Virus record (IMG/VR): IMGVR_UViG_3300021387_002242
Span: 2,864 to 66,863 of that record
Length of the DNA: 64,000 bases
Source: a virus
Direction: 5' to 3' (one strand)
Positions within the stretch are counted from its first letter, which is position 1. Each line of letters starts with the position of its first letter. The position numbers and the translations under genes were made by a program. Shown here in pieces: positions 54,625 through 64,000 of this stretch. The notes below the pieces were generated by a model that had not been told where the DNA came from, ran no database searches, and saw only the letters and a program-made list of their open reading frames with translations.

Positions 54625-56178
54625 ATGGCTGACTTCACGTTCATGACACCGGAACAGGCGTGGAAGATGCGGGTGGATTACCGGGAGAAATACTACCGGG
54701 AGCACATCGCGTCCTACAGCGGCATACATTCCGAGCTGAGCGCGACATCCGAGGAAGGTATGTTCTGGCGGCGCAAGAGTAAGTGCCGGATGCACGTGCC
54801 TGTGGCGGCAGATATCGCGGCGATCAGCGCAAACCTTCTGTTTTCGGAGGAACCGCAGTTCGCTTGTTACGATGAAGCGACCGAGGACAACGAAAGCAAG
54901 CAGCAGCATCGGCTGGATGAACTGGTCGAAAAGAACAATCTGCATGGGAAGCTGAACGAGGCAGCCGAGAGTTGCGCGGCATTGGGCGATGTTTACCTGA
55001 AGCTGAACTACCGGAAGGACGAAATCGACTACCCGATACTGAGCGTCGTCCCGGCAGATTCAGCATGGCCAGAGTACATACTCGGGGTTTTGAAGGGCAT
55101 CCACTTCTTCAGCGTCCTCAAGCATGACTTGCAGAGCGGGAAAATTACCCGTGTGTACGAGCTGTACCAGCCGGGAAAGATCACAATGGCGGTGTATGAG
55201 GGCAGCAGGGAAAGCTTGGGCACTCGCCAAAGTGACGCTGTGCTTGAACAGTACGGATTCGAGAGCGAGATCAAGACACCGGTTGATGACATGCTCGCCG
55301 TCCACATCCCGAACATGAGGCCGAACAGGGTATTCAGGGATATGGAGATGGGGCGCAGCGATTACGACGGGTTGCGAAACCTCATGGATTCTCTGGATGA
55401 AACATATTCAAGCTGGATGCGCGATATTCGACTGGGCAAGGCTCGGACAATCGTCCCGGCAGAGTACCTGAAACGCAAGCCGCAGGAAATGCTGGATGGA
55501 CTGGCGCAGAGCGCGTCGTGGGAGTTCGACCCGGATGTCGAGAGTTATGTCACCATAGATATGACGGATTCCAACGGCAACATACCCGGCATAACTATGC
55601 AGCAGTTTCAGATCAGGTCAGGCGAGTACGCTGCGACCTGCATGGAGCTGCTCCGAAATATCGTCACCATTGCCGGTTACGCGCCGCAGAGCTTCGGTAT
55701 GGATATCAGTGGCATGGCTCAGTCGGGTACGGCGCTGCATATCCGGGAAAAGAAGTCCTACGACACCAGGGGCAAGAAGCAAACCTACTGGAAAGCACCG
55801 CTTGAGCAGATCATGACGGCGATGATTCATCTGGACAATAAGCTGTGGCCCGAAGCTGGCTCGGACGCTGACGACCGGGTGAAGGTACGGTTCGCAGATT
55901 CGTCTGCAAATGATATCTCCACAATGTCCAGCGCTCTGCAAATGCTGGCATCGGCTAATTCCGCATCCATCGAAACCCGTGTGGAGATGCTGCATCCCGA
56001 CTGGACAAAGAAGCAGATCGCCGAAGAAATTGAGCGCTTGAAGCTGCCCGAGCGCATGAGCCTGATGACGGCCGGCGTAATCAGCCCCGTTGAAATGAGG
56101 GCGTACTACCTGGGCGAAACGCCGGAAACAGCAGCGCAGGAACTGGCAGCAATGATGCCCAATGAGGAAGAAAAATAA
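54625..56178 (+). CDS. portal protein (SPP1-like)
   Basis: 517 aa directly after terL, with typical portal size and position. Confidence 0.6.
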   Translation: MADFTFMTPEQAWKMRVDYREKYYREHIASYSGIHSELSATSEEGMFWRRKSKCRMHVPVAADIAAISANLLFSEEPQFACYDEATEDNESKQQHRLDELVEKNNLHGKLNEAAESCAALGDVYLKLNYRKDEIDYPILSVVPADSAWPEYILGVLKGIHFFSVLKHDLQSGKITRVYELYQPGKITMAVYEGSRESLGTRQSDAVLEQYGFESEIKTPVDDMLAVHIPNMRPNRVFRDMEMGRSDYDGLRNLMDSLDETYSSWMRDIRLGKARTIVPAEYLKRKPQEMLDGLAQSASWEFDPDVESYVTIDMTDSNGNIPGITMQQFQIRSGEYAATCMELLRNIVTIAGYAPQSFGMDISGMAQSGTALHIREKKSYDTRGKKQTYWKAPLEQIMTAMIHLDNKLWPEAGSDADDRVKVRFADSSANDISTMSSALQMLASANSASIETRVEMLHPDWTKKQIAEEIERLKLPERMSLMTAGVISPVEMRAYYLGETPETAAQELAAMMPNEEEK

Positions 56179-57259
56179 GAAACAGCGGTTGTCTGACGTA
56201 GTCGCGCGGTTTGATGAAGCCAATCGATTCTATATCCGGGATCTGGCTCGTCAAATCGCAGCGATACGCGATGACGAACTCGCTGATATTATCGCGCTGT
56301 TCGCCGCGTTGAGCGTGAACATGGCAGCGGTCAATGCTCAGATCGACAGGGCGGTCGACCAATCAGCGAAGGACATCGGTCGGATATACGACCAAACGAT
56401 CAAGGATGTCTACGCTGACCAGAGATACAGCCGTGCATTACGCGACACTCCACTGTCTGATGAAGCCAAGCGCAGTATAGAACAGCGCAAGGCGGCCGTA
56501 GTGCGCGAGACAGGCCGCGTGATGCGCCGTTTGACAAGGGCGAACAACGTGTCGGACACATACCGACAGGCAGCAAATAAGGGCGTTATAAGCCTTAGAA
56601 GCGGCCTAGGGAACTACGACGGGCTGATGCGTCCGACTTTGAGGAAGATCGGGCGTGTTGGATTGCAGGTGATGGGCGACGACCTGAAAAACCACAGCCT
56701 GGAAAGCTACGTTGAGAACTGCATCGAGGACGGCATCCAAGAGATAACGCAGTACGCGAACGACGTGATCTCCGAAGAAGTGAAGCTGGACGCGGTCGAG
56801 ATCAGTGTGCATGAAGACCCGGCCCCCGACCATGAACCATTTCAGGGGCACATCTTCATGCGGGGTGAGTTCAACAAGCTACAAAACCACGAGGACTTCA
56901 CTGACATCGACGGTGAGCGGTTCCCGGCGCAGATTCGAGCGATAGGCGAACTGAACTGCCGGCATCTGGCCTTCGGTTTCTCGTCGAAATACGGTGTGCG
57001 CAGGTACAGCAAGCGTCAGATCCGGGACATGGAAGCCCGAAACAGGCGCGGGTGCATCATCAACGGCAAGCACTACACGCTGTATGAGGCGCGACAGCTG
57101 GCAAACAGGCTCGCAGCCGAGAGGGAACGCCAGGAAAACGTGCAGCTTGCGGCCCAGGTTGCAGGTGATACCGTTCTGGGACGGGAAGCAACTGAAAAAA
57201 TCAAGATCGTAGAAGAACAACTGGCTGACGCCTCAAAAGCCGTTGAAAACAGCAAATGA
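56162..57259 (+). CDS. minor head protein, MuF/SPP1 gp7-like
   Basis: Position after the portal; C-terminal F-like region. Confidence 0.5.
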   Translation: MRKKNKKQRLSDVVARFDEANRFYIRDLARQIAAIRDDELADIIALFAALSVNMAAVNAQIDRAVDQSAKDIGRIYDQTIKDVYADQRYSRALRDTPLSDEAKRSIEQRKAAVVRETGRVMRRLTRANNVSDTYRQAANKGVISLRSGLGNYDGLMRPTLRKIGRVGLQVMGDDLKNHSLESYVENCIEDGIQEITQYANDVISEEVKLDAVEISVHEDPAPDHEPFQGHIFMRGEFNKLQNHEDFTDIDGERFPAQIRAIGELNCRHLAFGFSSKYGVRRYSKRQIRDMEARNRRGCIINGKHYTLYEARQLANRLAAERERQENVQLAAQVAGDTVLGREATEKIKIVEEQLADASKAVENSK

Positions 57260-57549
57260 ATGATAAATCAAGGGTAGAGCGACAGACAAGCGAATTCATG
57301 GCACACAAACCGCGTCAGACGGCCAGAAACGGGCCTGTCGCGCGGTTTTGACATACATTCGAGAGCGTGGAAGGGCGAAGAAAAAACGCCCATAAAAGGC
57401 TGTACAGGCCGAATTACAGACATAGCAGAAATTAGAGCGTCCGAGAGGGCGCTTTAATTATACATTTGTCCGAAATGACGATAAACTACACAACCCAAGC
57501 AGAAAGGCACTGCGTGAACAAACTGAAGGGTAGAAAAGGAGAGATTCAA

Positions 57550-58215
57550 ATGACCAGGAACGACATCAAGGCACTGTTCCCCGACGCGACAAAGGAAGCC
57601 ATCGACCAGCTTCTGGACATCAACTCGTCCGACATCGGCAAGGCGATGACCAAGAGCCAGACGGCGCAAGATCAGCTCGATGCCAGGATTAAAGCCCAGG
57701 ACGAGCAGATCACAAGCCTGACAGACCGCGTCAAGGCGCTGACGGCTGATGTGACCCAGAGGGACGAGACGATCAGGACGCTGACCGACAAGCACTCCGG
57801 GGAGTTGACCACCCTGAATGAGCAGCTCAAGGCTGCGCAGGAAAAGGCAACGGTTGCCGATTCACTTACGGAACAGGTGACCAAGCTGACGCAGGACGTC
57901 GCCGACAGGGATGCGACAATCGCCAAGACGACCAAGCAGTATCTGGTGCGGGATGCTCTGCGCGGGATGCATGCGCGGAACGTGGATGTGCTCCTGCCGC
58001 TTTTGAACCTCGACAACATCACCGTCAAGGATGACAACACCCTCGAAGGTTTCGACGAACAGATGAAGCCCATCCAGGAAAGGGATGCCTATCTGTTCGA
58101 GACAAACACCGGGGCGCAGCGAGCTGGCGCTGGCGCAAGCCCCGACGTGGGCGACGGTGCGACACCCAGCTCTGTGGTAAACCAGGCGATTCGACAGGCT
58201 GCCGGTCGCCGCTAA
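57550..58215 (+). CDS. scaffolding protein
   Basis: Long heptad coiled-coil; RBS aaaaggagagattcaaATG; immediately upstream of the MCP. Confidence 0.55.
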   Translation: MTRNDIKALFPDATKEAIDQLLDINSSDIGKAMTKSQTAQDQLDARIKAQDEQITSLTDRVKALTADVTQRDETIRTLTDKHSGELTTLNEQLKAAQEKATVADSLTEQVTKLTQDVADRDATIAKTTKQYLVRDALRGMHARNVDVLLPLLNLDNITVKDDNTLEGFDEQMKPIQERDAYLFETNTGAQRAGAGASPDVGDGATPSSVVNQAIRQAAGRR

Positions 58216-58247
58216 ACCAACGAACAAAACAAAAGGAGTGAAACATA

Positions 58248-59225
58248 ATGGCTTACGACAACATCATCACCCGTAGCGGAGCCGAGGCTCTTATTCCCGA
58301 GCAGGTATCCCGTGAAATCATCCAGCATGTACCCCAGCAGTCCACCTTCCTGCGTCTGGCCAATCAGATGCCGAACATGACCAGCAAGCAGACCAAGATT
58401 CCCGTCATGACCGGCAACGTGGACGCGTACTTTGTGACCGGCGACACCGGCCTGAAGGACACTTCCCTGATGAGCTGGGACAACGTCTACATCACCGCCG
58501 AGGAACTGGCCGTCATCGTGCCCATTCCCGAGGCTGTGCTGGACGATGCCAGCTATGACATCTGGGGCCAGGTTCAGCCCCGAATCGAGGAAGCGTTCGG
58601 CAAGGCTATCGATGCTGCTGCCTTCTTCGGCACCAACAAGCCCAGCTCCTGGCCGACTGGTATCGTTCCCGGCGCGGTTGCGGCTTCTCAGGCGAAGCAG
58701 ATCGGAGCCGATCTGTACCAGGACATCAACGGCGTCGGCGGCGTTGTGGCGATGGTCGAGGACAAGGGTCTGCCCGTGACTTCCTACATCGGCGCGGTTC
58801 AGCTGCGTTCCATGCTGCGCGGCGCTGCTGATGACAACGGTCAGCCCATCTTCCGTCAGGCGTACTCCAACGGTGCTGCGGGCGGCATGACCTACGATCT
58901 GAACGGTGTGCCCGTGGAGTTCCCGGTGAACGGCTCCTGGGACGCTACTCAGGCGCTGCTGCTGGCCGGCGACTTCTCTCTGGCCCGTTACGCCATCCGT
59001 CAGGACATCACATACAAGCTGCTGACCGAGGCTTCCATCACCGATGCCACCGGCAAGGTCATTTTGAACCTGGCGCAGCAGGACTGTGTCGCTCTGCGTG
59101 CGGTGATGCGTCTGGGCTGGGCGCTGCCGAAGCCGATCCACCGCGTGGGCGGTACTACCTACTACCCCTTCGCCGTGCTGACTCCCGCTTCCGGCAACGA
59201 CAACACTGAACCTGAAAACCCTTAA
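58248..59225 (+). CDS. major capsid protein (HK97 fold)
   Basis: 325 aa; position; strong RBS aaaggagtgaaacataATG. Confidence 0.7.
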   Translation: MAYDNIITRSGAEALIPEQVSREIIQHVPQQSTFLRLANQMPNMTSKQTKIPVMTGNVDAYFVTGDTGLKDTSLMSWDNVYITAEELAVIVPIPEAVLDDASYDIWGQVQPRIEEAFGKAIDAAAFFGTNKPSSWPTGIVPGAVAASQAKQIGADLYQDINGVGGVVAMVEDKGLPVTSYIGAVQLRSMLRGAADDNGQPIFRQAYSNGAAGGMTYDLNGVPVEFPVNGSWDATQALLLAGDFSLARYAIRQDITYKLLTEASITDATGKVILNLAQQDCVALRAVMRLGWALPKPIHRVGGTTYYPFAVLTPASGNDNTEPENP

Positions 59226-59506
59226 TCGCCGATAGCTCGCTATCCGGGCTAACTATCGGCAACTTGTCGCTGTCGCCTTCGTTCAGCAAGGACGTGACCT
59301 CTTACGCGGTTACTACGAGCAACAACCAGAACAAGGTGACGGCGACACCCACGGATGAGAACGCTACTGTCGAGATCAGCCTGGGCGTGGCCCCGATTGA
59401 GAACGGCACAGCTGCTACGTGGGCAACCGGAGAGAACATCCTGACCGTGAAGGTGACGAACGGCAGCGCAAGCACCACATACACCGTTACGGTGACCAAG
59501 GAGTAA
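59216..59506 (+). CDS. Ig-like (Big/cadherin-like) C-terminal extension of the MCP, reached by a -1 programmed frameshift
   Basis: Slippery heptamer A_AAC_CCT immediately followed by the MCP stop TAA. The -1 frame then encodes LIADSSLSGLTIGNLSLSPSFSKDVTSYAVTT..., a canonical Ig-like domain start. Confidence 0.45.
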   Translation, partial: KPLIADSSLSGLTIGNLSLSPSFSKDVTSYAVTTSNNQNKVTATPTDENATVEISLGVAPIENGTAATWATGENILTVKVTNGSASTTYTVTVTKE

Positions 59507-59518
59507 TGAGGTGAGACA

Positions 59519-60082
59519 ATGGCACAATATCTAACCTACGACGAATACGTGGGCTACGGTGGAACGATGGATGAAGCCGATTTCACGTTGGCAGAGTTCA
59601 AGGCCCGTAGTCGAATAGACCGGCTGACGATGTGCCGGGTACAGGGCATGTTTGAGGTGCCGGAAGAAGTCAAGATGGCTATCATGTGCATCATCAAGGT
59701 AGACAGCCGATACAGCGCAGACGCCCAGGCGAATAACGCCATTGTCTCATCCTACTCCACGGACGGCTACAGCGAAAGCTATGGTGGAGCGGGCGAACAA
59801 ACTGCTGCAGCAGAGAAAGCCCTCAATAGTCAGATCAAACAGATGCTGTTCGGTGTGACGAATGACGAAGGTGTTCCGCTACTCTACCTTGGCCTGGACA
59901 ATGCCGTAGTATCTGCCGGTAGCTCCAAGTATACGGAGCTGAAAGCAGAAATTGCAGACCTGCGCCGAGACATGAACGAGAATATCGATTCTCTGCGGAC
60001 GGATGTCGATAATGACATGACCGATCTCAGGGGCGATATTGAGGACAACTACATCGGCGTCGGCAAGGAAGTGGTACCGTGA
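59519..60082 (+). CDS. head-tail connector/adaptor protein
   Basis: Position after the MCP; gp6-like N-terminus, coiled-coil C-terminus. Confidence 0.45.
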   Translation: MAQYLTYDEYVGYGGTMDEADFTLAEFKARSRIDRLTMCRVQGMFEVPEEVKMAIMCIIKVDSRYSADAQANNAIVSSYSTDGYSESYGGAGEQTAAAEKALNSQIKQMLFGVTNDEGVPLLYLGLDNAVVSAGSSKYTELKAEIADLRRDMNENIDSLRTDVDNDMTDLRGDIEDNYIGVGKEVVP

Positions 60083-60489
60083 AGCTCTGCGACCAGACAA
60101 TAACGGTTTTCAACCGGCGACAGGAAGAAGAAACAGGCTACGACCTGTATATTCCAACGGTCATCAACGGCGTTTCATGGTTCTGCCGGATAGAGGCCGC
60201 GGTGAACAATGGGCTTCAGGCGGCGAATATGTTTGTTATTCGCATCCCGATTGATGCAGACACCATGGGGCGGGAGTACACCGACCCTGTGAGCTACAAA
60301 AACGCGGGCAGCGTAGACAACATGTTTACTCTCGCCAATGGCGATATCATCGTCAAGGCGGCTGTAGCAGTTGCGCCAATGACACCGGCAGAGCTTCACG
60401 CGGCCTACAACGATTGCTGTACCATCGTGGGCGTGACCGATAACCGGCATGCACCCAACGGCAAGCATTTCAAGGTGGTGGGCAAATGA
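60079..60489 (+). CDS. head closure protein
   Basis: Order in the structural module. Confidence 0.4.
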   Translation: MKLCDQTITVFNRRQEEETGYDLYIPTVINGVSWFCRIEAAVNNGLQAANMFVIRIPIDADTMGREYTDPVSYKNAGSVDNMFTLANGDIIVKAAVAVAPMTPAELHAAYNDCCTIVGVTDNRHAPNGKHFKVVGK

Positions 60490-60878
60490 GCATAGATGTG
60501 CGGCTGGAGGGCGATTTTTCAATCGGTGGTCTGCTTGCAGCATGTGGGCTCCAGGATGGCGGCCCCGTACAAGCGGCAGTAGATCGGGCTGTGATTAATT
60601 ACTCGAAACCGTACTGGGCATGGGACACCGGTCAGCTCGCCAACAGTGCTAACGATTGCATAGGAACAGGGCGGCTTGAATACTATCGGGCTTCGGATGA
60701 CGGAGAATACGAGTGGATAGCCCGCGACATGTACTACGGCGTTAGGCAAAACGGGGAAACGTTCAACTACCACAAGGATGTCAACCCGCTGGCTGGCCCG
60801 TTCCCGGTCGAACGAATGGTCGCCGATCACCTAAATGACATCTTGGAGGAGGCGAGACAGAGTGCCAGACATCAATAA
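60486..60878 (+). CDS. HK97 gp10-like neck/tail-completion protein
   Basis: Order in the structural module. Confidence 0.4.
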   Translation: MSIDVRLEGDFSIGGLLAACGLQDGGPVQAAVDRAVINYSKPYWAWDTGQLANSANDCIGTGRLEYYRASDDGEYEWIARDMYYGVRQNGETFNYHKDVNPLAGPFPVERMVADHLNDILEEARQSARHQ

Positions 60879-61302
60879 CACCGAAAAACTTCGGCTGTGG
60901 TTGCGGGCATGCCCGGTCGTCGCCAAATCCAACACTTTCGGAGCTGATTACCTGGGCGAGAACGCAACGGAATACGCGTTGATGTCCGTACCCAGTAATT
61001 TACGCTACCGGGAGAATATTCTCGGGGAGAGAACTCTGCTTGAGAAACAGGAGCAGAACTTCATATTTGCGGCGAAAATCCCGTATGGAAGCGACATAAG
61101 GCAGAACCTTGCCAACCTGGGCTTCTTTCAGGATGTCGCTGACTGGATTAAGCAGCAGAATGAAGCGAAGAACTTCCCGGAGTGGAACGATGGCCCGATT
61201 GTGGGCATCGAGGTAACGAACAGCAGCGCACCCGTGCAATACGGAGCAGACGCGGCCCGTTACCAGATACAACTCAAAGTGACATACAGGACAAAGGAGT
61301 GA
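60862..61302 (+). CDS. tail completion protein
   Basis: GTG start after RBS ggaggaggcgagacaga. Confidence 0.35.
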   Translation: MPDINNTEKLRLWLRACPVVAKSNTFGADYLGENATEYALMSVPSNLRYRENILGERTLLEKQEQNFIFAAKIPYGSDIRQNLANLGFFQDVADWIKQQNEAKNFPEWNDGPIVGIEVTNSSAPVQYGADAARYQIQLKVTYRTKE

Positions 61303-61308
61303 TAAAAC

Positions 61309-61824
61309 ATGGCTGAGGCTATCGTCGGCAAGATCGCACGAAAGTATATGGCCCATTTCCTGGATACTACATTTGGTGGTACGACCGCCAGCTGGTACCG
61401 TCTGGGCAAGTACCTGGAAGAATACAACGTCGACATGAACCCGGACACCGAGGTCAACAAGAACATCCTCGGCAATACCTACTTCAACCACAACGGCTAC
61501 GAGCCTTCCGCGGACGCTGATCCGTTCTACGCTGAAGTCGGTGATGCTCTGTTCGAGAAGCTGCAGAACATCATCGACACTCAGGCTACGGATGACAAGT
61601 GCAAGACCTATGCGCTGGAAGTCCATCTGTGGGATGAAAAGTCCACGACTGGTACTTTCGTCGCGTACCGTCAGGAGTGCTACGTGGTGCCCACCAGCTA
61701 CGGCGGTGACACCAGCGGCTACCAGATTCCCTTCACCGTCAACTACGTTGGCGACAAGGTGAAGGGTACCTTCACGGCCGCCAGTGGCAGCACCCCGGCG
61801 AGTTTTGAGCCTGATTCCCTGTAA
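61309..61824 (+). CDS. major tail protein
   Basis: 171 aa; position; followed by a strong terminator. Confidence 0.55.
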   Translation: MAEAIVGKIARKYMAHFLDTTFGGTTASWYRLGKYLEEYNVDMNPDTEVNKNILGNTYFNHNGYEPSADADPFYAEVGDALFEKLQNIIDTQATDDKCKTYALEVHLWDEKSTTGTFVAYRQECYVVPTSYGGDTSGYQIPFTVNYVGDKVKGTFTAASGSTPASFEPDSL

Positions 61825-61831
61825 CGAACAA

Positions 61832-61863
61832 AGCCCCGCGTCTTTATGGCGCGGGGTATTTCA
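61832..61863 (+). terminator. rho-independent terminator after the major tail gene
   Basis: ccccgcgtctttatggcgcgggg hairpin. Confidence 0.45.
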
Positions 61864-61881
61864 TTGATAGGAGGCACAACG

Positions 61882-62358
61882 ATGACTGACGATATCAAGA
61901 GCATGAGCATGGCAATCACGGTTGATGACGGCAGCCGCCGCGTCCCGATTCTGAATACAGACGGAGAGGAAATCGGCTCCTTCCGATTCCACCCGACCGA
62001 CATCGGCATTGTCGACCGCTTCAACCGACTGGCCGAGACGTTCAACAGCATCACCGAACCCCTGCAGAATGTGCCTGACGAAGACGGTGACGGAGTGGAT
62101 GAGCAGCGCGTAGAAGCCCTCCAGGAGGCCGAGAAACGCCTCTACAGCGCCGTCAACGAATTGTTCGGGGGAGATATGGCCGGCGCGTTCTTCGGCAAAA
62201 TGCACCCTTTCAGCCCCGTAAACGGCATGTTCTACTGCGAGGCTGCGCTGGCGGCGGTAGGCCAGTACATAAACCAGCAGTTCGACGCAGAGACGGCGAA
62301 GTTCTCCAAGCGCGTCGAAGCCTACACCAAGAGGGCAAAGGGTCGTGGGAAGAAATGA
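61882..62358 (+). CDS. tail assembly chaperone-like protein
   Basis: Position between the major tail gene and the tape measure gene; acidic. Confidence 0.4.
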   Translation: MTDDIKSMSMAITVDDGSRRVPILNTDGEEIGSFRFHPTDIGIVDRFNRLAETFNSITEPLQNVPDEDGDGVDEQRVEALQEAEKRLYSAVNELFGGDMAGAFFGKMHPFSPVNGMFYCEAALAAVGQYINQQFDAETAKFSKRVEAYTKRAKGRGKK

Positions 62359-62975
62359 GCGACAAGAAAACGCTGATTGCAATCCCGGCAATGAGCATGT
62401 GCCCGGTGCCTTTCGCATATTCGCTGGCAACGCTGCGGCGAGATTGCCCGAGTAAGATAAGCATTATCTCCGGTGCGGCTGTGCATGAGGCGAGAAATGC
62501 CCTTGCGATTGAAGCAATCGACAACGGCTGCGACAGAGTGCTATGGCTGGATTCGGATATGGTGTTCGATGATGACTTGATGATTCGGCTGGGCGAAGAT
62601 CTGGACGCTGGCTGGGACATGGTCTGTGGGATTTATTTCAAGCGACGGCTGCCGATCACACCCGTCATTTACAGCGACATCAACGGAACATCCGGAGGAA
62701 CCGAAACATACAAGGAATACCCGAGGGACAGCTTGTTCCCGATTGCGGGTTGTGGTTTTGGAGCCGTTATGACAACCACGGCGTTGCTGAAAGAAGTCGC
62801 GGACGCATACGATACTCTGCCATTTACGCCGATGCCGAAACTCAGCGAGGATTTATCGTTCTGCTGGAGAGCGAAAATACTAGGCGCGAAGATTGGCTGT
62901 GACAGTCGGATAAAGGTCGGGCACGTCGGGCAAATCACATTCGGAGAGCAGATGTACCACCGGAGTGAAAAATGA
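62355..62975 (+). CDS. GT2-like glycosyltransferase embedded in the tail module
   Basis: ARNALAIEAIDNGCDRVLWLDSDMVF matches the GT2 family (A-R-N ... D-x-D) core. Confidence 0.5.
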   Translation: MSDKKTLIAIPAMSMCPVPFAYSLATLRRDCPSKISIISGAAVHEARNALAIEAIDNGCDRVLWLDSDMVFDDDLMIRLGEDLDAGWDMVCGIYFKRRLPITPVIYSDINGTSGGTETYKEYPRDSLFPIAGCGFGAVMTTTALLKEVADAYDTLPFTPMPKLSEDLSFCWRAKILGAKIGCDSRIKVGHVGQITFGEQMYHRSEK

Positions 62976-63544
62976 TCTTTGATTTACCGAAAACCGTTGA
63001 TATCAATGGACGAGAGTGGGAGATCGCGACAGATTACCGTGACATTCTGGTAATCCTTTCGGCCTTCGAAGACCCAGACCTCACAAATGAGGAAAAGGCG
63101 TTTGTGTGTCTGCATAATTTCTACCTAGACTTCGAGCAGTTGCCCCGGGAACAATACCAGGCGGCCTATAACGCGGCTATGGAGTTCATCGACCACGGGA
63201 GCAGCAATGACAAACCAAGCCCGGTAAAGACAATGGACTGGGAGCAGGACGCACCGTTACTGTTCCCGGCCCTAAACCGGGCGGCTGGGTTTGAGGTTAG
63301 GAACGTGGAGTACATGCACTGGTGGACGTTCATCGGGTACTTTATGGAGATTAAGGATTCCACTTACGCAACCGTGCTCTCGCTTCGGCAGAAGAAAGCC
63401 AGACATAAGAAACTGGAGAAATACGAGCTGGAATACTGGAACCAAAACCGCTCGATTTGCGTGATAAGGCATAAAGAGACGGCAGATGAAAAGGCAGCAG
63501 CCGAAGCCGAAAAGGCACGACTTGAAGCTATACTGGGGGGATAA
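62972..63544 (+). CDS. Gp15-like tail assembly protein
   Basis: About 190 aa; position immediately before the tape measure gene. Confidence 0.45.
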   Translation: MIFDLPKTVDINGREWEIATDYRDILVILSAFEDPDLTNEEKAFVCLHNFYLDFEQLPREQYQAAYNAAMEFIDHGSSNDKPSPVKTMDWEQDAPLLFPALNRAAGFEVRNVEYMHWWTFIGYFMEIKDSTYATVLSLRQKKARHKKLEKYELEYWNQNRSICVIRHKETADEKAAAEAEKARLEAILGG

Positions 63545-63546
63545 TA

Positions 63547-64000
63547 CATGGCAGATGCAAGCATCATCATTGATACCAAGCTGGAAAACCGGCAGTTCGT
63601 CGCCGGCAGCAAGGAAATGCTGCAAGCCATTAATTCTTTCAAGCGGTCTACCATTCAGGCGGGCAAGGATATGCGGGCGTCTGTGTCCGGCTACGGCACG
63701 GCTATGCGGGCCAGCATCAAGGCAAACCGGGAAGCCCGTGCGTCCATGGAGGAATTACGCCAAAAGGCACGAGAGCTTGAAAAGGCGCAGGAACAGCTCG
63801 GCAAGGCCAAGGTTGCTACTGACAAGTACAAAGAGCTGCTGAACAATATCAAGGCGCTGCGTCAGGAGCACGACAGGCTCGCAGAGAAACGGGCACAGAT
63901 GGAAAGTCTGGGCCGTGATATGTCTACGCCTTACAAAAAGCTGCTGAGTGATATCGCTTCTATCCGGGCTGAGATGGATAAAACAAAGGAAGCGATGATA
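63547..64000 (+). CDS. tape measure protein (N-terminal part; continues beyond the window)
   Basis: Coiled-coil-rich ORF with no stop before the window end; follows the chaperones. Confidence 0.6.

Noticed and set aside
58212-59141. 309-aa minus-strand ORF opposite the major capsid gene
   Set aside because: Antisense shadow in a GC-rich gene.
61846-62975. G/G-T-type -1 frameshift between the tail chaperone and the following ORF
   Set aside because: No X_XXY_YYZ heptamer near the chaperone stop, and the downstream ORF has its own ATG overlapping the stop (ATGA) and encodes a GT2-like domain rather than a T-extension.
1-64000. CRISPR arrays, rRNA genes, transposases or insertion sequences
   Set aside because: No regularly spaced direct repeats, no rRNA-like segments, and no DDE or serine-recombinase transposase ORFs were seen; the only recombinase is the phage tyrosine integrase.

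Overview
The window reads as one nearly complete temperate siphovirus-type phage or prophage of a fairly GC-rich Firmicutes, probably clostridial, host. The gene order shows that the sequence is circularly permuted. Modules run in this order. (1) 1-1440: tail end of the lysis cassette (XhlA-like protein, LL-H-type holin). (2) 1500-6275: a cargo region of low-complexity Q-rich, Gly-rich and RGG/SY-rich proteins that resemble spore coat or exosporium proteins. (3) 6272-13550, minus strand: an accessory operon carrying ArdC-like anti-restriction, a family of Cys-rich paralogs, a YkgJ-type Fe-S protein, an ADP-ribosylglycohydrolase, a gamma-glutamyl cyclotransferase-like protein and an amidoligase. 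(4) 13560-16700: candidate attP, tyrosine integrase, ImmA/IrrE protease, a cI-like repressor and a cro-like switch with recognisable PR and PRM promoters. (5) 16700-24300: recombination and replication genes (excisionase-like HTH, Rad52-like annealing protein, HNH, PAPS-reductase-like, SSB, replisome organizer/DnaD, DnaB, VRR-NUC). (6) 24300-40570: a middle region (DGQHR/ParB-like protein, XRE regulators, ThyX-like protein, SplB-like radical SAM, dUTPase, SPFH, RNA-ligase-like protein, many Zn-ribbon proteins). (7) 40570-41240: about 590 nt of GC-rich non-coding sequence followed by a tRNA. (8) 41500-52750: four ParB-like nuclease-domain genes plus a remnant, an N6/N4 methyltransferase fusion, a C5 methyltransferase, an ADP-ribosyltransferase-like effector pair and a glycosyltransferase-like gene, interrupted by small minus-strand cassettes. 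(9) 52765-64000: terminase small and large subunits, portal, MuF-like, scaffold, major capsid with an Ig-like extension reached by a -1 frameshift, connector and tail genes, a GT2-like gene, and the start of the tape measure protein. Seven copies of a conserved 47-bp promoter/operator element drive all the minus-strand accessory cassettes. No CRISPR array or rRNA was seen. The ORF track translates alternative start codons as M, and I corrected several starts using ribosome-binding-site context.
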